Part shown: positions 54,681 to 64,000 of the stretch, one piece after another
Layout: every line of letters begins with the position of its first letter
Numbering within the stretch: position 1 is the stretch's first letter
Origin: Kondoa subrosea
Taxonomy: Eukaryota
Reading direction: 5' to 3'
Length of the DNA stretch: 64,000 bases
Assembly (NCBI GenBank): GCA_039545335.1
Contig: BCIN01000002.1
Location: forward strand, 1,970,484 to 2,034,483
Made by a program: the position numbers and the translations under genes
Notes under the pieces: model-generated
Seen by the model: only the letters and a program-made list of their open reading frames with translations
Databases searched by the model: none
Told to the model about the DNA's origin: nothing

Positions 54681-55880
54681 ATGACTTCGATACCTCAAAG
54701 ATTCGCTAGGTTGGCAGATCACCACCCTCCGCGAAAGTCGGAGCTCAACTTACGCGTCGCAGTGAAGGGCCAGCTCAAGGATCTCAAGCTGCGATTCGCG
54801 CAACAGATGATGATGCTGCTTCATCTCGCTTGTCTTGTGTCACTCGAGGCTATCTGCAGGACGCCTTCGCGCAATACTTCGTCAAGAAACCTATCCTGCG
54901 TCCGCCGCTGATCAATATTGGCACATATCTTCGAACATGGGCTATGGACACTTTGATCGAACGCTTTCTACAAGCAAATCCCCACAAGGCGAAGCAAATC
55001 ATCAGCTTCGGAGCTGGAACTGATACAAGATACTTCAGGCTTTGTACTAAAAGCGCAACATCGAATCTGCGCGGATACGTCGAGTTGGATTTGGCTGAAT
55101 CTACTTCCAAGAAAGCTCAGACTCTGTCACGACAGAAAGCTTTCGAGCCGTATCTGCCGAATCGATCTATCAGTGCGAATGTTTGCTTAGTTTCCGCAGC
55201 TTTGCCTAATGTGAATTTGTAGAACAAGGCGGAACAGCTTTACATTCAGATGTCTACCATCTTCTTCCATGCGATCTCCATTCTTTCATCTTAGACTTAG
55301 CTCCAACTCTGACTTCGAAATCATCACCAATACTTGACCCAGAGACAGACACTTTGGTCATAGCAGAATGTCTCTTTGTTTATCTACCTCCTTCTTTGGT
55401 TGAATCGATGCTACAATGGTGCTCAAGTAACTTTGCGTCTTGTTCAGTCATTGGCTATGATCCGGTCAATTTCACGGATCCGTTCGGTAAAATGATGGTA
55501 TCTAATCTAAAGGTTACTTGAACCTGCTGTCCAACGTGCACAGCTGAAACAACTTGCAACAGAGTCGTGGCATCGATCTTCTTGGCGCATCAGCGCATAC
55601 ATCAGTCGAGTCTCAGCATCAGCGGCTAGCAAAAGCAGGTCTGTCGAAAAGCTGCGCTGTGAGTGTAAAGGACATTAGAACCAGGTTGTTACCGCAAGAA
55701 GAGGTTATCAGGTGCTTTGACTTGACTTACCGTGTTTTCCTGCACTGACTAGATGAACTGAATAGGATATCTAAACTGGAAATGTTGGACGAGATTGAGG
55801 AGCTGGATCTAGTTTTATCGCATTATGCTGTATCTTGGGCCAGTAATACTGAAGTACTGCAATCCGTATGTCTATTATGA
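54681..55880 (+). CDS. PPM1: Leucine carboxyl methyltransferase 1 (PP2A methyltransferase), multi-exon; start approximate
   Basis: AIRATDDDAASSRLSCV..GYLQD, PLINIGTYLRT, QIISFGAGTDTRYFRL, AECLFVYL, DPFGKMMVSNL, LEMLDEIEEL.LVLSHY. Confidence 0.9.
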
Positions 55881-55933
55881 ACTGTAACTGAATACTACGC
55901 CTGTTCCCCTTACGAACCCAAAACTGATTCACC

Positions 55934-57385
55934 CTAATAAACCACATCTGGCCTTTCAGAAATACCGATTCGTCTGTTCTGCATGGTAGCGCCGCCATAA
56001 TCGAGAACCAAATAATGACCTGGGGGCAAACATAAACAAAAGCTGAATCTGCCGTCTCGAGAGCTTACTTTTGATGAAGGCATCTCCTAAAACCGCAAAT
56101 CCCGAAGCACCTGACTGAACTGCTCCCACACATCGCCCGTTCGACTTGATGCCGGAGAAGACGAGATCCTCTATAGGTATACGCCAATTCTGACCCTGAA
56201 TACCGAAACTGACTGAACTTGGTGCATTCGTTGTTGACTTGGACAAAGAGCACGAGACTGTCCATGTATCTGTTGATTGAATATATAAAGCTGTAGGTAT
56301 AGACTTGTAGAAGGCGACTGTCGTTGCAGTTCCCAAGTAGATCAAAGTCGTCGCAGTGTCCAGGATAACTCGATTCGTATCTTGAGACGACAGGACCTGT
56401 TTGTTGTTGACGTATACCCCTGACATCGCGGTACCCCTGTATACAGTTGAACAAGTAGTGTAGCTGACGAAAGAATTTCTTACCAGTAAAATGAACTTGT
56501 GACTGTAGCATATTGTATCTGACCCGCAACGTAATCCGCATTGATCTCCCCAAATCTATATTCACCTCCAGCTCCGACCCCAGACGTACCCTTCACCAAT
56601 GCAACGCCGACTATAGGTTTAGCGATGAGATTTTGCCTGATCATATTCGAGAAGACGGTATTTGTTCCAGGTATTGCGGAAAGTGCATCAGGACCCAATC
56701 CAACCAGACCCGAAGCACTACTTCTCGTATTGAGAGCTGCTGCTTGTGTTACGATAGCCAGCTTCTGATCATGAAGTTGAATTCCACCAATTTGCACGGT
56801 ATCTGCTCCGGAGTATCCTTTGACCGTTTTCCCGCTATTACCATAGTTGATCTTGAATAATACTGATCCAGTGTTATTGTATGTAAGGGAAAGATAGTGC
56901 TTGAAAGCTGTATGATTGTTCAGATTGCAAGTAGAGCAGGTTGGATCATAGACCAGTAGATCCGCTGAACCAGAATCGAAGAGAAGATTGATAGTTTGCG
57001 ATGGGAAACCAATTTGGACAGGTGAATACCAAGCATTATCCGTCCCTTCGTTCGTCGCTTTGCTGACTGCTACATTCCAATCCGGATCCATAACAAAGAG
57101 AGAGCTCAGGTCGAGGTTAAGACCTAAGTCTATAAGAGATGGAGATTCATTCTTGCCAATACCAAGTAGGCCGCCGAGATTCAGACCGATATTCAAGTCG
57201 AGAAGTCCTCGTTTCGAAAGCAGAGACGCTAAATTGAACTTGAGTTCGTACTGCGCCTTCAGAAGCTCCAGCGAGGGAGCAAAGTGAGGGTTATAGGTCA
57301 GGGGAAAGGTCGTCGTAAAGCCATGCGATGTCAAGAGAAACTGAAACAGCAAGCAAAGACGCAGGACTGCACTGAGCAGCGACAT
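55934..57385 (-). CDS. Secreted pepsin-like aspartic protease (family A1), 3 exons
   Basis: Signal peptide, KR site, VQIGFPSQTINLLFDSGSADL, FKINYG flap, GLVGLG, VILDTATTL, VLGDAFIKSHYLVLD. Confidence 0.9.
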
Positions 57386-57814
57386 GGCTGGTGCAGACCA
57401 AAGAGCAAGACGAGATAGAGCAACGCATTCGGTCTCAGCCTCTGCCGAGTACAAATATCATGCTTCCAAGATTGAGCACTTTCGCATGGGAATGTTCTTT
57501 GCTCGGCCAAAGCCTTTTCATGCGGACCGCGACTCCCAGCTTGAAATACTGCTGCTGTGCAATGACTTTTCGTGCTCCGCGCGAGAGCTTGAAATGCCAA
57601 TCGTGCAAGAGGGAGAAGCATTGCGATATTTGCTTGTTTCGGTTTGGTACTACTCACGCGTTCTGAGACCTGTTCTTGCTCTCTTCTTCTATGACTCCGA
57701 CTACTGCCTCAAGCTTTGCGGATCAATTTGTAAAGGCTATGCTGCCTTCTTTTCTTTCTTCGACCATTTCAAATACTTTCATTTCCAAGCGCTGGCGCTA
57801 TTTTGGCTCTTACC

Positions 57815-58890
57815 ATGTCTCGCAAAGGCCTCATCTTCTGGGTAGTCTTCCTGTTATCGCTCGCAAGCGCAATCGGCATGATGCTGTTGGTTATGCTAGG
57901 CGATGCACAGAAATTGCCAATCGCGCGAGTAACGGCAACAGCCAACTCTTCAAGCTTATCCTACGAACTCGTCATGGGCGGTCAGGAAATCTGTTACAAG
58001 GAAGTTCAGTCGGATCTTGCGTGGAATTGCTTGAATTCGACCTCTCAAGCACCGCCAAGTATGCTCTTTTGCTTCTGTTCGCAGCCTAAAGTTGACCTCT
58101 TGATCTATTAGTCATATCAAGTATCTACCAGTCTACCAGCGGCTATCAAAGAGCATTGACGTTACCTCCGTTCGCCTGTCTTTTCGGTGTTATCGTCTGG
58201 CTTCTTCTCGGCATGGTAGTCAGCCTAGTCGGACATCTGGGACATCAGCATATCCAACACGAAAGACACGTTCACATCTATCAACCTTTGTTCGCGTGGT
58301 CAACCTTATTAGTCGAAGCTTTCTTCTCAGCCATTGTCTGCATTGCGGCTGCTTTAGGTGTACCATTGATGTCCCTGACAGAAGAAGTCTCGTCGGATGA
58401 TTATACAATAGAGGCTAAAGTCGGTCTAGGCTTCGTTTTGCTACTTCTAGCAGCAGCTCTTAGCATCTTTTCTCTTCTCGGCTCCTTCATTCAAAGTTCA
58501 TTCCATCGCTTACATCACTTGCAATTACCTGGTCAAATGGGTGGCTCGCTTCCATGCCCAACAGAGTATGGTACGCATGATTCTAAGAGCGACGATCGAA
58601 AGCCAAACGATGAAGAAGCTGTAGTCGCTGCGACTACATCTGTTAATTCTCCTCTTGTCAGCTCAGTAGTCATGCGAAATTCTTGGGTCAAGCAGAAGCT
58701 GTCAACTGAAGAACCTGTACCGCCAAACTTTACGAAAGAAGAACCCCTAGAAGACGAGAAAGCCTTAAGACCCGCTTCTTATGCGCCATCGGAAAGGTCA
58801 AGTATAGCTGAATCCCTCTTCTCAAGCGTACCGCAACAACAGCAGCCCCCAGCTTATGCCAAATCAAAGGCGCCAGGAAGGAAACGTTAG
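57815..58890 (+). CDS. 4-TM protein with SUR7/PalI-like topology, 2 exons
   Basis: N-terminal TM, extracellular loop with 2 Cys (GGQEIC...WNC), three further TMs, cytoplasmic tail with PPAY. Confidence 0.6.
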
Positions 58891-58954
58891 GCAGACCTTC
58901 CTGATTATTTACAACTGCAATTATTTAGATTAGTACATTCCTCTTTTCCCCTCC

Positions 58955-59579
58955 TCATTGCTTCTCTTGCTCTTCTTCTACATCGTCTTCGTCCAGCGAA
59001 GCTTGTCTAGCCGATTTCTTCCCCTTCCCGTTGTCCTGTAGACTCTATCGGACCAGCATAAGACTTTAACATAAGATGATAGTGAAGGGAACTTACCAGC
59101 CTATACCTTGCCAGGTAGGTCCGCATAACAGTAGCATATTGACTGAATCCAAGCGTCTCCAAAGCGAATATAATATCTTCCCCGTTCTGATTGACTGGTA
59201 CTCAGCTAGACTCTCAATGTCACAATTGCATATTTGCTTACTACAGTCTTTCGCTTCTCACCATTTGAGTGCTCGGCAGCTTCAGAAGTCAAGAAGGATA
59301 TAAACTCTGAAGCGCATTCCTGCATGCTTTCTTTCGCGTCTTTCCCAATCTTTGCTGTATGAGGTAAAGAGTCTTTCATCATTCGTCCGACATTGGCTAT
59401 TGGTAGAAACAGCTGCAGTCAAGACTGAGACATGAACAAACAGAGTAGTATGAATGAGTTAGACAAACATCTTGTTGCTTGAAAGCTTCAATTTCCTGCT
59501 CTTCGATCGAAGTAGGAGTAGCCTCAAGCTTAGGTACTGGCTGTTGTGATCCACTAGGAGCCAGAACGCGAGCAGACAT
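58955..59579 (-). CDS. HAP3: CCAAT-binding factor subunit NF-YB/HapC, multi-exon
   Basis: Spliced [49 protein letters not shown]...[23 protein letters not shown] histone fold. Confidence 0.88.
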
Positions 59580-60457
59580 GGTGTGACTCGACTCGCTGCT
59601 AGAAGATAAAACGTTATCTGATTACGGCTAAAATCCGGCAGAATTTAGCCTCTCCAACACATATGAGGCAACCATCATCAATTCTCGTCTGCAACTACCA
59701 GGCGTAACAAGTGTCAATTTGGCTGGTGAGACGTGATAAGTTTCATTACAGCTTTTGGTTGAAGTACAAATTCCCTCAAAAGTAATCCATCGATTCACAA
59801 AAATCCTGTTCAGTCCGATTATCAGCAATCATTCTTTCGCAGGGGTTCTCGAGAGAAATGTAAAAGGTTCAGGTGCTATAATAATCTCAGTGACATTTGT
59901 CCCTGACTTTGATAAACGAAAAAAAGCATGATAGATAACCGTCTTCGTCCTCGTCGAGATCAACAATCCGTCAACACCATTCCTCTTTTCCCCTTGCAAA
60001 CAATCGCTCAGAGTTTCGACAATAGTATTCCACAGTTCGCCCATTCTTGCTTTCGTTCCGAGAAATCGCACATTCTGACCAGCAGCTTAACTCCATGACA
60101 GAGCTTACTGCTAGCGAACGTTTGATCTCTCAAAACAAAAGCGCAAACGAACAGAAACACATGAGAAATATCGCCTAGTCTTCTTTGCAAATATCCACGA
60201 AGAAAAAAGAGACGCAGCAAAAAGGAATCGATGAAAAGACATAGAAGATGGTTGCATGCTCCTTTTCGTGGAAAGTCTTTACGGTCCAATTGTCTCGATG
60301 AATGGATAGACTGGTATCAACATACAAGCAGGCAGAAGAGATTTGCAGAGACCAAAGGAAAGCTTACTTGAAGAGAGCCGCAGAGTCTGGTAACCTGTGC
60401 GCAACATAGTTCGTCAGTATCTTCTTCTCAACACAATGCGAATGAGGAGAGAAGGAA

Positions 60458-60548
60458 GAGTCAGAATTGAGTTTCTTTTTGGTATAACGAGTGTCTTTCA
60501 TTTATGTTCAGTAGCAGAACTGATAACGTTTGTTGGTTGCATCATTCG
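60458..60548 (-). ncRNA. snR61: Box C/D snoRNA snR61/U38 (SNORD38) orthologue, intronic
   Basis: Box C ATGATGC at 60545-60539; guide+D' CAGTTCTGCTA-CTGA matches the U38 guide as recalled and pairs with LSU rRNA UAAGCAGAACUG (D'+5 = yeast 25S A1133); box D CTGA at 60464-60461. Confidence 0.88.
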
Positions 60549-60703
60549 AAGAGGACAGATTTATGGAAGGGATGAGATGGAAGGAAAGCTCACGGGTAAT
60601 TAAATCTTCAAGGGCAGCGCAAAGAACGGACCGCTGTGCAAAACGCAATATCGCTATCAGTTTTTTACTCGACCGGATCATGAGCTTTCATAGATTAAAG
60701 TGA

Positions 60704-60861
60704 ATCCTCGGATGGTGATGCTGCGCGTATGATGCATCAGTAGATTGTAAGAGCACAAAACAAGGGCATCTCACCATGATAAAAAGTCTTCACGCTCGCG
60801 AGGAATCGATAGACGGATTTCTTGTTTTTCTCGCCCTGGAGGACGATATTCGTCTTTGGAT
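60704..60861 (-). ncRNA. snR55: Box C/D snoRNA snR55/U33 orthologue, intronic and itself interrupted by a 54-nt intron (60774-60721)
   Basis: After removing GTGAGA..TACTGAT..CAG the RNA reads ATCATG|CATCACCAT-CCGA, matching the recalled yeast snR55 guide and complementary to 18S UGGUGGUGCAUG (D+5 = U1269); C' GTGAAGA; candidate box C AAGACGA with an ATCC/GGAT terminal stem. Confidence 0.8.
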
Positions 60862-61027
60862 ACGTGACAGAGAGAGTTCGGGGTTCCAGTCAAACAGTGA
60901 AAAGCTCACCTTAAAAAAGTTTCGTTTCGAAAGAAGAAGAAGCAAGTGATTTCTCGACAAGTAGTCGACACCTCGGATCTCTGGACCGTAGCATAAGCAG
61001 CCAAAGTACTAGCTATTCATTTGCCCG

Positions 61028-63403
61028 TTACAAGAATGGCTCTAAATTAAACTCTAAAGCTGATGCTGGATTCCCATCTATATCAAAAGCAGCCAAAACA
61101 CTAGGGTGCAAGATGCCTAGCGACCCAATCTTGATATCGGATGTTGATTTAGCGAAAACGTTGCTAATTGCTCCTTTGACTTTATCTTGCAAAGATGATG
61201 ATGATCCAGCAGTGGCTTCTTTTGCTCCTTCGGCTGCAACTGCCTCTGGGTTCGGTAGTGGATCTGGAACTGGTTCGTATGATGAGTTCATCAATTGCGG
61301 TTGTTGAGGTCCAGAGGAAGCAGATGCAGGTCTGTAGTAAATTTCAGCAGCACGGCCAGGGAAATAAGTCGGGTCTGCAAGACCATCGAATCTCAGATTG
61401 AATCATTGCTTAAGAGTGATGGATACTCACCGTCGTGTTCAGTGATGTAATAACCAGCTTGATCCGTCTTGGAGTCCTTTGTCAATCGCCTGACTCCCAA
61501 AGTCACCATCAATCGATCCAACAAACCATGTACAACTTCAAATCCACCTCTTCGCCCAACAAAGACAGCGCCAACGTTCCTAATGTTTCTAGCTTTCCTA
61601 TCCTCCTTTCCGTCCTTGATAGCAATATCGCTAACTTCGAAAACTCTGAGCGGTAAAGAATGCTTCCTGTTCTCCCTCACACTCTTGAGTAAGCCAGGTA
61701 GTAAAGAAGTTCTAACGATCTGATACTCGGCAGTCTTTGGGTTGGCCAAAACTACCGCACTAGATCCATCATCTTTTCTGTTGAGCCAACCGAAATTCTC
61801 ATCGTGCGAACATAGAATCAAAGGTAAGACTTCAACCCATCCTGAAGAAGCGCATTCTCTTCTAACGATATCCGATAACTTGTTGATAGGGAAAGGTTGT
61901 GCAACGGTGTTGGTGGTAGGGAAAGTTTTGACCAGGTTATCGAATCCGTAGGCTATGGCAGCATCTTCTACGACGTCGCAAGGATGTAAGATATCAGGTC
62001 GAGAAGGTGAAATGTGTAGAGTAATGGAATCGGAAGAATCTGAATCCGCTACTGCTTTATTGCCCATCTTATCTAAAAGATCGCAAATTTGTGTTGTTGA
62101 AAGAGAAAGTGCAGTGAAAGCATTGATGTAAGAGGCAGAAACCTTCATTGCGCGGGTTGAAAGATCGGGTGTAATGACTGACTTTCCTCCAGGGTAGACA
62201 ACTTTGACTGATTCGATAGTGAAAGGGTCAGAAGTATATTCGCTGAACATTGTGACTATCATGTTGATAACGATGGAGAGCTTGGTCTCGTCAGTTGCCG
62301 TTGTATCGATGAAGATGTCGGTCGTTTCGAGCGTAATTTTGGTGTGCTCGCTATTGATGATTGGGGGCATGGAGAGCACTTGCCGTGTTGTGTCATAAAT
62401 AATAGGGTAGACTGGAGAATCGCGAATGATAGGAAGGAATTTGTTCAAGTGTCGATCAGTCTGGCATAAATTTAGCAAACAGCGGAACACGGTGCAGAGA
62501 AGCTCACTTCATAAAGCTGCATCATCTCTTCAGCAGTATACTCTTTGTCTTTGTTCAGCGGCTGGAACTTGATATCTTTCGGTGGAAGTGCTTCGTACGA
62601 AATTGTTCCTTTTCTGCAAAGTGATTATCAAATCTGGGCGGAACGGGCTCATAAGAAGAGGACTCACGCGATCTTTGACAGATCATGCGTTCCAATTGCA
62701 ACAAGTGTTCTTTTCCTCGCCAAGTTCATATGCAGCTTGTCTTGGAGGTCGATGAAAGATGCATAGGACTGCGGCGTGAATTTGACTCCACGAAGTACTG
62801 CCCCAGCAAAGTACGGTCGTATCCTTGCAACCTGTAATCACTTTGATAAACTTGCCTACCACATACCAGACTTGGCGAGGCCTACATCTTCTGAAAGCTG
62901 AACAGTAATCCCATTTTCATTCCACGGCAACAGCTTGTATTCAGGTCGCGGTTGCCATCCAAGATAGATCCGTAAAGCTCTGACAAGACCTTCCATACAT
63001 AACAAATCATAGCTTTGAGGAATAGTTTAGCTGTATTTAACCAGTCTCTGCTGGATGAGCTTACCGATTTGCTGGTATTTCTACTTTCAGCTTATGTGGA
63101 AGTTCATTAGGCGCTGATTGAGATGTCTGGCAGTGCAAGCATGAGTCAACTCTATCAAACTGTATATTTGAAGTATACATCTTCGTCCTGTCGAGGCAAT
63201 CAGTCGCAATCAGGCTCAAGATAACAAGACTTACCAGCTCCAGCCCATAAGCAAAGAGCAGCTCATCAAACTCCTCCGTTGCTTGAAATTACAAATTATC
63301 ACAAATCAACGAGTTGTTCCTTCATAGGCCCAGGACAGGACGCACTGTAGGTCTTGCCTAGTCTTGAGTAGAACTCATCCTTCTCCAATGAAATAGTCGG
63401 CAT
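61028..63403 (-). CDS. FRS1: Phenylalanyl-tRNA synthetase beta subunit (cytosolic), multi-exon
   Basis: [103 protein letters not shown]. Confidence 0.96.
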
Positions 63404-63554
63404 CCTGTGTATCGGAGCGCGAGAATGGTCGAGGACCGTGAACAAGCGAGTTCCATGTTTCGAATTGGTGCCCTTCACTCTAGAACTGCCAATGTCGGAT
63501 TACTCGCTCAACAGTAAGCAGTAACATATGGCCTCAAGATCGTACGCCAGACAA

Positions 63555-64000
63555 ATGAAGAAGGAAGCACTCCAAGCCAATGGCCAGCAACAGCAAGTGA
63601 ACTGCGATGATTCACATAAGAGACCAGCTACGGCGGATTTACAACGCGCAATAGATCAATCAGCTCATACTCTAGTATCTGCCGAAGATCGAGCCTCATA
63701 TGTGTCTGTGTTATTGCAAGAATTGCATTGCTTGGAAAGGAATGACTCTGCAGGCGCTCTCCCGGTGCTGCAAGCTCTCAAATTGTATGGCCGCATCCCT
63801 CAGGGCAGTCAAGAACTTGGCACAGAATCTGCTCTTCGACTATTACTTCACTATGCCCAAGTTCTGCCTTTCCAAGGTGTAGCACCTCGAGAACTCTCGC
63901 CTAGCGCATTGGAAGCTTGGCGAATCATCTGCAACGCAGTCAAGCTACACGAGAAAGAAGCTCCGCTGGCTATTGCAGCTATAGACTTTGCACTTGAAGG
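63555..64000 (+). CDS. RIC8: Probable Ric8/synembryn G-alpha GEF, 5' part (runs off window; start uncertain)
   Basis: Open frame with LQALKLYGRIPQGSQELGTESALRLLL and ALEAWRIICNAVKL, resembling fungal Ric8 N-terminal repeats. Confidence 0.6.
   Translation, partial: MKKEALQANGQQQQVNCDDSHKRPATADLQRAIDQSAHTLVSAEDRASYVSVLLQELHCLERNDSAGALPVLQALKLYGRIPQGSQELGTESALRLLLHYAQVLPFQGVAPRELSPSALEAWRIICNAVKLHEKEAPLAIAAIDFALE

Larger units (their letters stand above)
60311..60950 (-). ncRNA. Non-coding spliced snoRNA host transcript (ends not defined)
   Basis: Introns 60909-60634 (GTGAGC..CTGAT..CAG), 60593-60395 (GTGAGC..TACTGAC..CAG) and 60367-60311 (GTAAGC..CAG) separated by 40- and 27-nt exons with no ATG. 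Confidence 0.75.

Noticed and set aside
60796..60810. ATTCCTCG resembling part of the snR57 guide
   Set aside because: Too short and not followed by a correctly spaced D box

Overview
Eukaryotic DNA from a very gene-dense, intron-rich fungus. It looks basidiomycete, probably Pucciniomycotina; this is inferred from gene style and cannot be proven here. About 35 protein-coding genes lie in 64 kb, with introns mostly 45-60 nt (GT/GC-AG, CTRAY-type branch points), several microexons and very short intergenic spacers. Most are housekeeping genes: RNA14, mL43, COA1, a PPR protein, actin, DcpS, CPDase, PEP7, a CHY finger, BC10, a Rab, an HMG-box factor, a methyltransferase, RPS27, MSL5, NoxR, CUL4, PRP3, SCY1, a heme lyase, RPB9, ACO2, mL38, BTB1, PPM1, an aspartic protease, HAP3, FRS1 and RIC8. 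No transposon, rRNA, tRNA or CRISPR was recognised. Three observations stand out. (1) A non-coding, minus-strand spliced host transcript at about 60.3-60.95 kb carries intronic C/D snoRNAs snR55 and snR61, and the snR55 rRNA guide is itself split by a 54-nt spliceosomal intron nested inside the host intron. (2) A 50-nt intron overlapping the DcpS stop codon would fuse DcpS in frame to the downstream 2H cyclic phosphodiesterase, which has no usable start codon of its own. (3) A similar but weaker splice-through-stop possibility joins ACO2 to mitoribosomal mL38. Exon boundaries were read by eye, and family calls come from recalled motifs, not database searches.
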